From NCBI GenBank assembly GCA_963727805.1, contig CAVSHF010000005.1:896001-960000 (forward strand): DNA of 64,000 bases, written 5' to 3'. Made by a program: the position numbers and the translations under genes. Numbering within the stretch: position 1 is the first letter of the stretch; each line of letters opens with the position of its first letter. Of the stretch, positions 38,651-49,898 are shown in pieces. The notes below the pieces were generated by a model that did no database searches, was not told the origin of the DNA, and worked only from the letters and a program-made list of their open reading frames with translations. The stretch is from an uncultured Nitrospiraceae bacterium (GTDB lineage Bacteria; Nitrospirota; Thermodesulfovibrionia; Thermodesulfovibrionales; Dissulfurispiraceae).

Positions 38651-40663
38651 ATGGATAAAGAAATCGCCCGTCTCAACCCGCGACAGAAGGAGGCAGTCCT
38701 GTATACTAACGGGCCTCTGCTGATACTGGCCGGAGCTGGCACCGGCAAAACACGGGTAATCACGACACGCGTCGCGCACCTTCTCTCCAATGGCATGCCA
38801 TCTGATGCGGTCCTCGCTGTCACATTTACAAATAAAGCTGCCAAAGAGATGAGGGAAAGGGTCATGTCCATGCTGTGTGGCAAGGGATATAGAACGCCCA
38901 TAATTTCCACCTTCCATTCACTATGCCTGAACATCCTCAGGCGCGAGATAGAGAATCTGGGCTACCGGAAAGATTTCACCATTTATGACGTCTCCGACCA
39001 GCATTCACTCCTGCGCAACATCCTGTCCGAAATCAACTTTGAGGACAAGAGCTTCAAGCCCGAAAACATCATGGAGAGAATCAGCATGGCGAAGAACCAG
39101 ATCGCACCTTCTAGGGGGGGGGAATCCGCCGCCCCTAACGATCTGGAGATTATTTCTGACGCTGTGTATCCCAAATACCGCGAGGCTATGAAGACCCTCA
39201 ATGCGGTGGATTTCGATGATCTCCTTTTACTGACACTTCAATTGTTCAGGGAGCATTCAGCTATCCTGGATAAGTACCGTGAAAAGTTCAGGTATATCAT
39301 GATAGATGAATACCAGGATACCAACCGGGTCCAGTACGACCTGGTGAGGCTGCTGGCCGGTGAAAGAAAGAATTTGTGCGTTGTCGGAGATGACGACCAG
39401 TCCATCTATGGCTGGAGGGGCGCTGACCTCGGCAATATTCTCGATTTCGAAAAGGATTTTCCGGGGACCATGATTGTAAGACTGGAGCAGAACTACCGGT
39501 CATACAGTTACATCCTGCAGGCGGCAAATGGGATTATAAAAAATAACAAAAAGCGAATGGAGAAGTCTCTCTGGACACAAAGGGGCGAAGGGACTAAAGT
39601 AAATTGCTTCAAGGCATCCGACACTGGGGATGAAGCAAAGTGGGTGGCTGACAGGATCGAGCTTTTGAAATTCGAGAAGAAAGCGTCCTATGATGATATC
39701 GCTATTATTTACCGCGCAAACCTCTTCTCCAAACCCTTCGAAGAGGCCCTCAGGGGGAAAAGGATACCATACACGGTGGTTGGCGGCACGAGCTATTTCG
39801 AGCATCGTGAGATTAAGGACTTGGCAGCATATCTGAAAATATGTGTGAACCGCAGTGATGATTTAAGCCTCTTACGAATAGCCAACGTCCCGAAAAGAGG
39901 CCTCGGCTCATCAACTCTAGGCAGACTGGTTTCCTTTTCCAGAGATAAGTCGATAGATCTGCTGGAGGCATTTGAGAGGGTTGGAGAAATACCAGACCTT
40001 GGCGGCAGAATCAAGAGTGCTGCCTCAGACCTCGCGGGCCTCATCGCCAAATATGCGAAACTCTTTAAAGCCAATAGGGAGATGAGCAAGGTCTTCAGAT
40101 CGCTGATCGGAGAGATAAATTACCGGGACTATCTCCACGAGCTACACAGTAACCCCCAGGCTTCGCAAAGAAGAATAGAGGCCTACGAGGATTTCATCTC
40201 TTCCCTTGCCCGTTACGAGTCGCAGGAGCCGGCCCCATCGCTCCACGGCTTTCTGGAGGCATTGGCATTAATGGACCTGATGAACGAAAAAGATGAGAAG
40301 AAATCGTTCGGTGTCACACTGATATCCTTACATTCATCGAAAGGGCTGGAATTCCCGGTCGTTTTTATTGTTGGAGTCGAGGAGGATATTCTTCCCCATA
40401 AAAAATCGGTCGGTGATATTGAGGAGGAGCGAAGGCTGTTCTATGTGGGCATAACGAGGGCAATGCAAGAGTTGTATATTACTTATACCGCTGGCCGATC
40501 GAAGTATGGCAAAAATGTGCCTTCCACCCCCTCGCGATTTCTGAAAGAGATCCCTGACGAAGTGATTCAACCAGTTGCCAGGTTCGAAAAGGAAGAGCCT
40601 GAGCAGGCGGAAAAATCCGCGAAGGCGTTCTTTGCGAATATTCAGGAACTGCTGGGGCCATAG
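38651..40663 (+). CDS. UvrD/Rep/PcrA SF1 helicase
   Basis: AGAGTGKT, TFTNKAA, IDEYQDTN, VGDDDQSIYGWRGA, EQNYRS, SKGLEF, EERRLFYVGITRA. Confidence 0.95.
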   Translation: MDKEIARLNPRQKEAVLYTNGPLLILAGAGTGKTRVITTRVAHLLSNGMPSDAVLAVTFTNKAAKEMRERVMSMLCGKGYRTPIISTFHSLCLNILRREIENLGYRKDFTIYDVSDQHSLLRNILSEINFEDKSFKPENIMERISMAKNQIAPSRGGESAAPNDLEIISDAVYPKYREAMKTLNAVDFDDLLLLTLQLFREHSAILDKYREKFRYIMIDEYQDTNRVQYDLVRLLAGERKNLCVVGDDDQSIYGWRGADLGNILDFEKDFPGTMIVRLEQNYRSYSYILQAANGIIKNNKKRMEKSLWTQRGEGTKVNCFKASDTGDEAKWVADRIELLKFEKKASYDDIAIIYRANLFSKPFEEALRGKRIPYTVVGGTSYFEHREIKDLAAYLKICVNRSDDLSLLRIANVPKRGLGSSTLGRLVSFSRDKSIDLLEAFERVGEIPDLGGRIKSAASDLAGLIAKYAKLFKANREMSKVFRSLIGEINYRDYLHELHSNPQASQRRIEAYEDFISSLARYESQEPAPSLHGFLEALALMDLMNEKDEKKSFGVTLISLHSSKGLEFPVVFIVGVEEDILPHKKSVGDIEEERRLFYVGITRAMQELYITYTAGRSKYGKNVPSTPSRFLKEIPDEVIQPVARFEKEEPEQAEKSAKAFFANIQELLGP

Positions 40664-40805
40664 GATGTTAGTTGGCAGTGCCATACTGACAGATAGCTTG
40701 TAGTCGGCTAAACACGATCAATCCTGATTTCCGTCAAAAGCACCGCCGGTTTTGCATCGAGATTGAATCGGCCTCACATACTTCGATTATAATCCTTGCT
40801 TACAG

Positions 40806-40860
40806 CTTTTTTTTACGACTTTTTTATCGCCCAGTGTCGTTTCTTAACACATATTTGACA
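40806..40860 (+). promoter_or_regulatory. Candidate KdpE-binding T-rich direct repeat upstream of the kdp remnant
   Basis: TTTTTACGACTTTTTTATC resembles the T-rich direct-repeat KdpE operator; it lies upstream of the kdp genes. Confidence 0.45.
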
Positions 40861-40895
40861 TCCGTTGTTGATACACTTAATAAATGGAGGTGCGT

Positions 40896-41429
40896 ATGGA
40901 TCTGAACTATCTCGAGATCATTGCAGCTTTCTTCGGACTCACATGGCTACTGATCTTCCCTGAACAGGTGACCGGCGGCTTGATCACGAAGAATAGCAAA
41001 ACGGTAGGATCCTCTCTAATCGGGCAGCCCTTTGATGATCCAACATATTTCTGGGGAAGACGATCAGCGACATCGCCCTTTCCATATCATTCGGCCTCTT
41101 CGTCTGGCACAAATCTGGCCGAGACGAACCCCGACCTTGTGAAAAATGCACGGGGACGGATAGACGCCTTGAAAGCCGCTGACCTGCAGGCAGGGAGACA
41201 GGTACCAGTGGATCTTGCGATTGCATCTGGAAGTGGTCTCAATCCTCACATTAGCCCTGCTTCCGCCATATATCAGATAACTAGAGAGGCAAAAGCACGC
41301 GGGATGGATGAAGCAAGGGTGGGCACACTCGCCGCTCAATATGTGGAAGACCGTCAAGTCGGAATTCTCGGTGAGCCCAGAGTAAATGTACTCAGGTTGA
41401 ATCTAACCTTGGATGACCTACAAAAATAA
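40896..41429 (+). pseudogene. kdpC: Chimeric kdpC remnant (kdpFAB deleted)
   Basis: GSSLIGQPF...YFWGR.SA, SSGTNL, VPVDLAIASGSGLNPHISP, GEPRVNVLRLNL; the normal KdpC N-terminus is replaced and no kdpA or kdpB is present in the window. Confidence 0.75.
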
Positions 41430-41442
41430 AGGAGGAGACTAT

Positions 41443-41838
41443 ATGAAAATGAAGATAACCAGAATCATTCTGATGCTAGTGCTTTTGGCATCTGTTTGTG
41501 CTCCATTGACCGTTTCTGCTGTTTCCTATCCGCCCGCTCCGCTCTATCATCATCCGCAAAAAGCTGAAACAATTTTGACATCTGGTGCCATCGTCTATTT
41601 GTTTCACAGCGGCACGGATGAGATTAATAGTGCTATTCATGCCAATGACATCCTCACTGTATATAGAATCAACACTTTATGCGAAGTCAGGGAGGTTGGG
41701 AAAATCAGAGTAATCTCCCATATCGGAGAAACATACCTTAAATGCGAGGTAATGGAGGGTGAGATCACGCCTAATGATATTGCTAAGAAAGGAACTGTCG
41801 CACTCCTTGTAATTTCAGCTGGCACATGCGACCATTAA
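41443..41838 (+). CDS. Secreted hypothetical protein
   Basis: AGGAGGAG RBS, ATG 41443, signal peptide ending VSA. Confidence 0.65.
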   Translation: MKMKITRIILMLVLLASVCAPLTVSAVSYPPAPLYHHPQKAETILTSGAIVYLFHSGTDEINSAIHANDILTVYRINTLCEVREVGKIRVISHIGETYLKCEVMEGEITPNDIAKKGTVALLVISAGTCDH

Positions 41839-41897
41839 TCGGCAACTTTACTTATGATATCAACCACCAGATAGAATGAGACAGAGCTATTTAACTG

Positions 41898-44579
41898 ATG
41901 GAAGATCAACGACCTGATCCTGAGTTGCTACTCGATCAAATGCGCATGGATGCTGAACGCAGCCGCGAGGGACAGCTGAAGATATTCTTCGGAGCTGCAC
42001 CGGGCGTTGGCAAGACCTATGCCATGCTAGAAGCTGCTCACCAAAAGATTTCTGAAGACGTCAACGTTGTGGTAGGACTCGTCGAGACACATGGACGCAA
42101 AGAGACTGAGGCATTGCTTGAAAGATTGGAAATACTGCCTCTCAGAAGTGTCGAATACCGCGGTACCATCCTGAAGGAATTCGATATTGATGCGGCCCTT
42201 ACCCGTAAGCCCTCAATCATCCTTGTCGATGAACTTGCCCACTCAAATGCCGAAGGGTCACGTCATAAGAAACGCTGGCAGGACATATACGAACTCCTGG
42301 GGGCCGGCATTACGGTCTATACGACACTGAATGTACAACATCTGGAAAGTCTCAATGACGTAGTTGCCCAGATCACCAGCATCAACGTTCGTGAAACAGT
42401 GCCTGATTTTCTGCTCGACCGAGCCGACGAGATAGAGCTTATCGACCTACCGCCTAACGATCTGCTGCAAAGGCTGGCCGAAGGAAAGGTATATGTGGCC
42501 GAACTCGCCGTGCAGGCACGCAGAAATTTCTTCAGGAAGGGCAACCTCCTTGCCCTGCGCGAGCTTGCACTGCGCCGCACGGCGGAACAGGTTGATGTCC
42601 AGATGCAGGACTACCGGCGGATTAAGGGCGTAAAAGATGTCTGGCCGGCGGCTGAGCGCATTCTTGTATGCGTTGGTCCGAGCCCTTTTGCTGTCCGCCT
42701 GATTCGCGCAGCCAAGCGAATGGCCGCGGGGCTTCGCGCCGACTGGATTGCGGTCAATGTAGAAGCACCCGGAAAGATACAGCCGTCGGAGAAAGACATC
42801 AAAGGACTTACCGAAAACATGCGCCTTGCCGAAAGCCTCGGCGCCGAAACTGTCGTCCTTTCGGGTCACAAGGCAAGCGAGGAGATCTTGAATTATGCTC
42901 GAAACCGCAATGTCACCAAGATTATCGTAGGGAAACCGACCCATCCCCGTTGGAAGGACAAACTGTTTGGCTCCATGCTCGACGAGATCGTACGCGGAAG
43001 TGGGGACATCGATGTCAATGTCATATCAGGAGACATCACGGCCCCCTCTCGGATATCCCCGCCTAAAACCGCCCCCAGCAAAACCCCAGCAAAAGAATGG
43101 ATCACGAGCATCTTCGGCGTTGCGCTCTGCACGGTCATAGCAATCCTGATGTTACCCTACTTCACTTTGGTCGACATTGCAATGGTCTATATACTTGGGG
43201 TTGTAGTGGTTGCAATCCGCACAGGCAACGCCCCTTCCCTTCTAGCCTCTCTTTTGAGCGTAGCTGCTTTCGATTTCTTTTTCGTTCCGCCCTACTATAC
43301 TTTCGCGGTGAATGATGTGAAATATTTCGTAACATTTATCGTGATGTTCATTGTTGCATTCGTGACCAGCAGGCTCACCCTGCGTGTGCGTGAACAGGCG
43401 GAATCAGCACGGCGAAGGGAGAGAAGCACTGCCGCACTGTATCGCCTGAGCAGGGAGCTCACACGAGAACGGGAAATAGAGCGTCTGAGCACCGTCTCAA
43501 TCAAACATATAAGCGAAGTCTTCTCAAGCGAGGCGGTTGTGCTCGTCCCGGATCAATGGGATAGACTGACATGTGCAGTAAGATGCACAGGAACTTTTAT
43601 CGTCGATGACAAGGAGATGAGCGTTGCCCAGTGGGCGTTTGATCATAGTCAAAAGGCTGGCGCCGGTACCGATACACTGTCGGGTGCCAAGGCCTTTTAC
43701 ATCCCCCTCATTTCCGCCTCAAAGACTGTCGGGGTAATCGGCGTTATTCCCGGCCCTTCCGTTAGCTTCTACGACAGCGAACAGGTCCATGCCCTTGAAA
43801 GTTTTACGACTCAGACGGCAATTGCCATTGAGAGAGCCATTCTTGCCGAAGAGGCGCAGCAGGCCATACTGAGGGCTGAGACGGAGATGCTTCGCAACAC
43901 GCTGTTGAGTTCGGTCTCTCATGACCTGCGCACGCCTTTGGCTGCGATTACAGGGGCAGCGTCCACAATTCTGGAAAACGATTCTACGCTGAACCAGTCA
44001 GATAGGCATGAGCTGACACTTACGATTTACGAAGAAGCGGAGCACCTAAATCAGATCATTCGCAATGTGCTTGATATGACTCGCCTCGAATCGGGCGCAA
44101 TAAAGGTCAAAAAAGAGTGGCAATCCATCGAGGAGATTGTGGGGGCAGTGTTGAACCGTCTGGCCGATAAACTTAAAGATCGCCCTATCTCGATCAGGCT
44201 TCAGAAGGATTTACCCCTTGTACCTTTCGATCCACTGCTCCTTGAACAGGTCCTTATGAACCTGCTGGTCAATACCATAAAATATACACAGCCTGAATCC
44301 GAGATTGATATCTCGGCGGTGGTCAAAGGGCAAGAAGTTTTGGTAGAATTGGCGGATAGAGGCCCTGGAATACCTTCCGAAGACGCAGATAGAATATTCG
44401 AGAAATTTGTACGAGGTCCCTCTACCGGCGGCATAGGCCTGGGCCTTACAATTTGCCGGGCGATTGTTGCTGCCCACGGTGGACGTATCTGGGCCGAAAA
44501 CAGGCCGGGGGGCGGAGCAGTATTCCGTTTTACACTCCCCATAGTGGAGCAGCCGCCCATGGTCGAAACCGATGCATAA
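41898..44579 (+). CDS. kdpD: Sensor histidine kinase KdpD
   Basis: LKIFFGAAPGVGKTY, VDELAH, KRWQD, Usp domain, 4 TM, GAF, SHDLRTPL, GLGL. Confidence 0.96.
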   Translation: MEDQRPDPELLLDQMRMDAERSREGQLKIFFGAAPGVGKTYAMLEAAHQKISEDVNVVVGLVETHGRKETEALLERLEILPLRSVEYRGTILKEFDIDAALTRKPSIILVDELAHSNAEGSRHKKRWQDIYELLGAGITVYTTLNVQHLESLNDVVAQITSINVRETVPDFLLDRADEIELIDLPPNDLLQRLAEGKVYVAELAVQARRNFFRKGNLLALRELALRRTAEQVDVQMQDYRRIKGVKDVWPAAERILVCVGPSPFAVRLIRAAKRMAAGLRADWIAVNVEAPGKIQPSEKDIKGLTENMRLAESLGAETVVLSGHKASEEILNYARNRNVTKIIVGKPTHPRWKDKLFGSMLDEIVRGSGDIDVNVISGDITAPSRISPPKTAPSKTPAKEWITSIFGVALCTVIAILMLPYFTLVDIAMVYILGVVVVAIRTGNAPSLLASLLSVAAFDFFFVPPYYTFAVNDVKYFVTFIVMFIVAFVTSRLTLRVREQAESARRRERSTAALYRLSRELTREREIERLSTVSIKHISEVFSSEAVVLVPDQWDRLTCAVRCTGTFIVDDKEMSVAQWAFDHSQKAGAGTDTLSGAKAFYIPLISASKTVGVIGVIPGPSVSFYDSEQVHALESFTTQTAIAIERAILAEEAQQAILRAETEMLRNTLLSSVSHDLRTPLAAITGAASTILENDSTLNQSDRHELTLTIYEEAEHLNQIIRNVLDMTRLESGAIKVKKEWQSIEEIVGAVLNRLADKLKDRPISIRLQKDLPLVPFDPLLLEQVLMNLLVNTIKYTQPESEIDISAVVKGQEVLVELADRGPGIPSEDADRIFEKFVRGPSTGGIGLGLTICRAIVAAHGGRIWAENRPGGGAVFRFTLPIVEQPPMVETDA

Positions 44580-44645
44580 GTAATTCCACGCTTCCTCCCT
44601 TTAAATAAATGGGATTGGAGGAGGAGTGAAGCAGGGCAATATTTT

Positions 44646-45365
44646 ATGACACATGACAATAGACTCATTCTCCTGATTGAAGATGAACCGCAGATGCGGC
44701 GTTTCCTGCGTGTTACGCTGCAAAGCAACGGTTATGGCCTGATCGAGACGACCACGGGACAGGATGGACTCGCCCAAGCGGCAACACGCAACCCTGATGT
44801 GGTGCTTCTCGATCTGGGGCTGCCGGATTGCGACGGGCTCGAAGTACTCTCAGAAATAAGAGAATGGTCGCAGACGCCTGTGATTATCCTTTCGGCGCGG
44901 GGCCAGGAGCAGGATAAGATCAAGGCGCTTGATGCGGGCGCAGACGATTATCTGACCAAGCCCTTCGGCGCAGGAGAGTTACTAGCAAGGATCCGCGTAG
45001 CACTGCGCCATATCAATAAACAGCAAATCGAGCAGACTGAACCGGTTTTTGTTATTGATACGTTGCGTGTCGATCTATCAAAGAGACAGGTCTTTATAAA
45101 AGATACCGAGGTCCACCTGACTCCGATCGAATACAGGCTGCTAACATATTTGATCAAAAATGCGGGCAAGGTCGTCACCCACAATCAGTTGCTAAAGGAG
45201 GTATGGGGGCCTGCATATGCTGGTCAGACCCATTACGTACGCGTCTATATGGGCATGCTCAGGCACAAGCTTGAAGAGGACCCTTCGCGCCCCCATTTTT
45301 TCATTAACGAGCCAGGAGTCGGCTACCGATTGCGTTTCGAGGATCTGGCTGAACACGATTCCTGA
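44646..45365 (+). CDS. kdpE: Response regulator KdpE
   Basis: LLDLGLPD, ALDAGADDYLTKPF, HLTPIEY, LR.KLE.DP, EPGVGYR. Confidence 0.94.
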   Translation: MTHDNRLILLIEDEPQMRRFLRVTLQSNGYGLIETTTGQDGLAQAATRNPDVVLLDLGLPDCDGLEVLSEIREWSQTPVIILSARGQEQDKIKALDAGADDYLTKPFGAGELLARIRVALRHINKQQIEQTEPVFVIDTLRVDLSKRQVFIKDTEVHLTPIEYRLLTYLIKNAGKVVTHNQLLKEVWGPAYAGQTHYVRVYMGMLRHKLEEDPSRPHFFINEPGVGYRLRFEDLAEHDS

Positions 45366-45569
45366 CATCAACTCCAAAAGGCTACCCCTTCATCTACACC
45401 AGGGCAAACTTCCTTCAGAAAGTCACGCAAGAGAGACTTCTTCTCTGCCGATTAGAATGCCAATCCATAGTAGGCTCTGTCTATCTGCGAAAATTGGATA
45501 TTTCTAATTTTGAGCAAATGACTCACTTAATTGAACGGTGAGGTCCCTGACCAGGGGTCGCACTTATCC

Positions 45570-45890
45570 TCAACAAGGGACGTAGTTTATGTCATAACCA
45601 TGTCGTCGAAAAGCTCTCTTTAGTTGCTCTTTTTCCTCCGGCGTAAAGAAGGTGTATATTGCAACTACTTTTTCCTTTGACTGTTCATGTGTGCAGTTAT
45701 ACCGATAAAATTCATCCTTAAGATAGTCAGGCATAGATGTCTCGGACAGAATATGCTCCAAATCGCCACTCATACAGACCATAGCGTGCAGACTCTTACT
45801 TTTGCTCCCGAGGTAATACGCCCTTCCGTCCTTGCTAATGATAAAAGTGGTCGCTCCACAGCCTGCGAGTATCAGTGTGGCTAGGACCAC
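45570..45890 (-). CDS. Putative small lipoprotein
   Basis: Lipobox LAGC; exact start uncertain. Confidence 0.55.
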   Translation of the reverse strand: MVLATLILAGCGATTFIISKDGRAYYLGSKSKSLHAMVCMSGDLEHILSETSMPDYLKDEFYRYNCTHEQSKEKVVAIYTFFTPEEKEQLKRAFRRHGYDINYVPC

Positions 45891-45928
45891 CGTTAACAGT
45901 ATCTGATAACTCTTTATTGTTTTAACCC

Positions 45929-46438
45929 TTACATAAGATTTTCTATCTTTTTCACAAAAGCCGCCGAACTGAAATCAATCCGGCCGATTATCCTTTCCAC
46001 GACAAGACCATTCCTGTCTATGACAACAGTCGTGGGAAGTGCAATGACTGTATAGCGCTTGATAAACACGCCCCCGCTTGTATCGAGGAGCAGAGGGTAT
46101 GTTATATCGATCTGCTTTAGGATCTTCATGACAGCTTCTTTATTCCTGTCAGCCGATATTCCGAGCACGACTAGGCCCTTTCCTTTATATTTCTTATAAA
46201 TTATGCTTAGCGATGGCATCTCTTCAATGCACTCCGGACACCAACTTGCCCAGAAGTTAATCATTACTATTTTCCCCCGGTAATCCGATAGCCTGTGATG
46301 CTGCCCGCGAAGATCATCCAGCTCAAATTCGGGTGCTTTAACTGACTGCTCTGCAAAGTCATATGGCGGGATGAAAAGCTGAAAGAGCACTATGAGTACA
46401 ATCCCAAAACCGCCTAACATTAATTGTTTCATCTTCAA
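45929..46438 (-). CDS. TlpA/ResA-like thioredoxin
   Basis: APEFEL.DL, NFWASWCPEC.EEMP, LPTT..IDRNG. Confidence 0.88.
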   Translation of the reverse strand: MKMKQLMLGGFGIVLIVLFQLFIPPYDFAEQSVKAPEFELDDLRGQHHRLSDYRGKIVMINFWASWCPECIEEMPSLSIIYKKYKGKGLVVLGISADRNKEAVMKILKQIDITYPLLLDTSGGVFIKRYTVIALPTTVVIDRNGLVVERIIGRIDFSSAAFVKKIENLM

Positions 46439-46613
46439 TCCTTATCGTCTACTCACAAACGAAATCTCTTGTTTATCACAGAATAACATATTTCCAGTGT
46501 GTTTCAATATATCGACTTACTAGACTAAGACAGATAACTGGGTCATGTCGTATTCTTGTCATATCTACTGTTTGATCCTCGGCATATATGCTGCGGTTTT
46601 ATGGCATCATCGG

Positions 46614-46859
46614 CTAACTGTAGTCAGGCTGCACTTCCCGGAGGATCCCGATGAGATTCGTCGAGTGTGTCCGATCGCAGAAGAAAAGGTAAAAATTGAT
46701 AGTCTTCTCATAAGGATCATGATAGAGGATCAATCCCACCGGTATTGAAAACAAAGACCTCTTATCAGCCCCATGCACCTGATATTATTTCTCAAGAAGA
46801 AACTTGGCAAGATACGCGCCGTTTTCCCCGATTATTCCCATGATGAGCGTTCATTTCAT
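46614..46859 (-). pseudogene. gmd: Degraded 5' fragment of GDP-mannose 4,6-dehydratase
   Basis: My translation MK*TLIMGIIGENGAYLAKFLLEK*YQVHG...STNLIGILREVQPD resembles the Gmd N-terminus (ALITGITGQDGAYLA..LLEKGYEVHG...STNL..I...QPD), with two internal stops. Confidence 0.75.
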
Positions 46860-46892
46860 ATGTCCCCCAACCAAGTAATCAGCACCCGTTCA

Positions 46893-47909
46893 CTAATCAC
46901 GGTCTTTATAGTACTCTTTGTACCACTCAATAAATTTTTCTATCCCTGCCTCGATGGATGTAGCCGGCTTAAACCCGACATCACTTATGAGATCGTCCAC
47001 ATCTGCATATGTCGCGGGCACATCTCCTGCTTGGAGGGGCAAGAAATTCTTTATGGCTTTAATACCGAGGCAGCCTTCGATGACCTCGATGAACTTCATG
47101 AGTTCGATGGGATTGTTATTTCCAATGTTGTAAAGCCGGTAAGGAGCATAACTCGTTGCAGAATCGGGATGGTCGCCGCTCCAGTGCGGATTGTGCTGCG
47201 GAATACTGTCGATCACCCTGACCACGCCCTCGACGATATCGTCTATGTAGGTAAAATCCCTTCTCATCTTCCCGAAATTAAAAACATCGATAGGCCTGTT
47301 GCCGAGCATCGCTTTGGTGAACAGAAAAAGCGCCATGTCAGGCCGCCCCCATGGGCCATAAACTGTAAAAAACCTAAGGCCGGTGCAAGGGACCTTATAC
47401 AAGCTGGCATAGGTATGGGCCATAAGTTCGTTGGCCTTTTTAGTCGCTGCATACAATGATACAGGATGGTCGACATTATCATGAACGGAAAAGGGCATCT
47501 TGGTGTTGGCGCCGTACACTGAGCTTGAAGAAGCAAAGACAAGATGCCCAACACCGTTGTGCCTGCAACCTTCAAGGACATTGAGGAACCCGACGATATT
47601 GCTGTCGATATAGGAGTAAGGGTTTTTGAGGGAATATCTTACGCCCGCCTGCGCCGCCAGATTCACTACCGCGTTGTATCCCCCCTCTGCAAAAAGCTTT
47701 TCCATTGCCGCCCGATCCTGAAGGTCGAGCTTGACGAATGCAAATCCTTTTTTTACTTCGAGCCGCTTAAGCCTTTCGAGCTTCAGTTTAACATCGTAGT
47801 AGTCGTTTATATTGTCGAGCCCGGTAACAACATCTCCCCGTTCAAGAAGTCTACTGCTGAGATGGAACCCGATGAAGCCTGCTGCGCCGGTAACGAGTAC
47901 CTTCTTCAA
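46893..47909 (-). CDS. NAD-dependent epimerase (UDP-glucuronate 4-epimerase-like)
   Basis: [46 protein letters not shown]. Confidence 0.92.
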   Translation of the reverse strand: MKKVLVTGAAGFIGFHLSSRLLERGDVVTGLDNINDYYDVKLKLERLKRLEVKKGFAFVKLDLQDRAAMEKLFAEGGYNAVVNLAAQAGVRYSLKNPYSYIDSNIVGFLNVLEGCRHNGVGHLVFASSSSVYGANTKMPFSVHDNVDHPVSLYAATKKANELMAHTYASLYKVPCTGLRFFTVYGPWGRPDMALFLFTKAMLGNRPIDVFNFGKMRRDFTYIDDIVEGVVRVIDSIPQHNPHWSGDHPDSATSYAPYRLYNIGNNNPIELMKFIEVIEGCLGIKAIKNFLPLQAGDVPATYADVDDLISDVGFKPATSIEAGIEKFIEWYKEYYKDRD

Positions 47910-47910
47910 T

Positions 47911-48774
47911 TTATCCTCCCCTAATCTTACACTGATTTTTTTTCAGGTACCGATCCACTGCATTTTCCCAGTCCGGTATTTCATACTTCAGTTCGGAGGT
48001 AATCTTCGCATTGGACATAGCAGAAAAATATGGCCTCTTTGCAGGCGTAGGGAAAAGATCCGTCGTGACGGGCAAGACGATATTATTCGCTCCGATCTTC
48101 TTAAGAAAGTATCGGGCCACTTCATATCGTGAGGCATAACCCCCGTTAGTCAGATTGTAAAGCCCTATTAACTGCTTCTCGATAGCCAGCATGGTGACTC
48201 GTACGATATCTTCCGTATACGTGGGCACCGAAACCTGATCACTCACTATCTTCAGCACCGGATTTTTCCTTGCCCATTCAGCCAGCTTGTACAGGAAATT
48301 CTGCTTGCCGTCTCCAAAGACCCAGCTCAATCTAAATAACAGATATTGTTTCGCCTCGTTTATCACAAAGAGCTCGCCGGCCCTCTTCGTCTCTCCATAA
48401 CAGTTGATCGGAGAAGGCATGTCATCTTCCGTATAAAAGTCCTCTTTCCGGCCATCAAAGACATAATCAGTGCTGTAATGCACCAGTAGGGCACCACTCT
48501 CTCTGCATGCAATCGCGAGGTTTTTCGGCCCGAGGGCATTCACCCTATAAGCTGTGTCGTAATCATCCTTTTCGGCCTTGTCCACGTTGTTATACGCGGC
48601 ACAGTTCAGTACAACATCAGCGCGGTGAGTTTCCAAGACATCCTTGATAACAGCACTATTGGAGATATCCAGGGATTCCTCGGAGGGGGCCTGCACATCA
48701 TGACCTAATACAGGAAGTACCCGCTGAAACTCTTGCGCAAGCTGGCCACTAGCGCCAGCTATGAGAATTTTCAC
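47911..48774 (-). CDS. rfbD: dTDP-4-dehydrorhamnose reductase
   Basis: [33 protein letters not shown]...PT, AKRP. Confidence 0.92.
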   Translation of the reverse strand: MKILIAGASGQLAQEFQRVLPVLGHDVQAPSEESLDISNSAVIKDVLETHRADVVLNCAAYNNVDKAEKDDYDTAYRVNALGPKNLAIACRESGALLVHYSTDYVFDGRKEDFYTEDDMPSPINCYGETKRAGELFVINEAKQYLLFRLSWVFGDGKQNFLYKLAEWARKNPVLKIVSDQVSVPTYTEDIVRVTMLAIEKQLIGLYNLTNGGYASRYEVARYFLKKIGANNIVLPVTTDLFPTPAKRPYFSAMSNAKITSELKYEIPDWENAVDRYLKKNQCKIRGG

Positions 48775-48814
48775 TCATTAACCTCCATGAACAACAAAAC
48801 GCGAGACAGACAAT

Positions 48815-49030
48815 TTAAGCTTCATGCATCATAAAATCATAGTCGGCATTATTAAGCAATGGGTGCCGAGAATCTTTATCGGAGAGAAGCAACTTGCACA
48901 GCGGCCAGTCAATAGCGATGACGGGATCGTTCCAGGCTATCCCCCTGTCATAGTTGGGAGAATACTCCTTCGCGCATTTACAGGAGGTGTCGCCAAGCAT
49001 TGCCAGATCAATAAATTTAAAATTGCTCAT
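48815..49030 (-). pseudogene. rfbC: Internally deleted dTDP-4-dehydrorhamnose 3,5-epimerase
   Basis: 71 aa: a short N-terminus joined to the C-terminal KC..EYSP..DRGIAWNDP.IAIDWP...LSDKD; the catalytic RGLH region is absent; lies between rfbA and rfbD. Confidence 0.8.
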
Positions 49031-49898
49031 CGAGCATCCTCAGCAGATATTGGCCGTACCCGTTCTTTTTTAAAGGCCCGGCGAGCTTCAAGACCTGATC
49101 TCTGTCGATATAGCCAAGCCGGTACGCTATTTCTTCAATGCATGCCATCTTAAGGCCCTGCCTTTTTTCAATGGTGGCGATGAATTCTCCCGCCTCAAGG
49201 AGGCTCTCGTGGGTCCCGGTATCGAGCCAGGCAAAGCCTCTTCCCATAAGTTCGACTCTGAGTTTTCCCCTCCTCAGATATTCCCTGTTCACATCCGTGA
49301 TCTCAATCTCTCCCCTTGCGGATGGCTTTACCTGCGCTGCTATGTTTATAACGTCATTGTCATAGAAATAAAGGCCTGTAACTGCATAGTTCGATCTCGG
49401 CCGCTCCGGTTTTTCTTCTATCGAAAGAACTTTGCCCTTCTTGTCGAATTCCACTACTCCGTATCGCTCTGGATCATTTACATAGTAACCGAAAACAGTC
49501 GCGCCTCCCCGCTGTTCGACATCATCGACGGCCTTCCTGAGCATTCCGGTAAGGCCATGGCCGAAAAAGATGTTGTCGCCGAGGATGAGGCAGGCGCCGT
49601 CATTCCCGATAAATTCTTCCCCGAGAATAAACGCCTCCGCAAGCCCTCGTGGGGCAGGCTGCACTTTATACGAGATACTGAGTCCCAAGTGTAAGCCATC
49701 TCCAAAGATGTCCCTGAACCTGGGCAGATCCTGCGGGGTCGAGATGATCAGGATATCCCTGATAGCAGCGAGCATAAGGGTCGCGAGCGGATAATAAATC
49801 ATAGGTTTGTCATAAACCGGTAATAGCTGCTTACAGACCGCCATCGTAACCGGATAGAGACGCGTACCGCTTCCACCGGCAAGAATAATTCCCTTCAT
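49017..49898 (-). CDS. rfbA: Glucose-1-phosphate thymidylyltransferase
   Basis: [52 protein letters not shown]. Confidence 0.97.
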   Translation of the reverse strand: MKGIILAGGSGTRLYPVTMAVCKQLLPVYDKPMIYYPLATLMLAAIRDILIISTPQDLPRFRDIFGDGLHLGLSISYKVQPAPRGLAEAFILGEEFIGNDGACLILGDNIFFGHGLTGMLRKAVDDVEQRGGATVFGYYVNDPERYGVVEFDKKGKVLSIEEKPERPRSNYAVTGLYFYDNDVINIAAQVKPSARGEIEITDVNREYLRRGKLRVELMGRGFAWLDTGTHESLLEAGEFIATIEKRQGLKMACIEEIAYRLGYIDRDQVLKLAGPLKKNGYGQYLLRMLDEQF

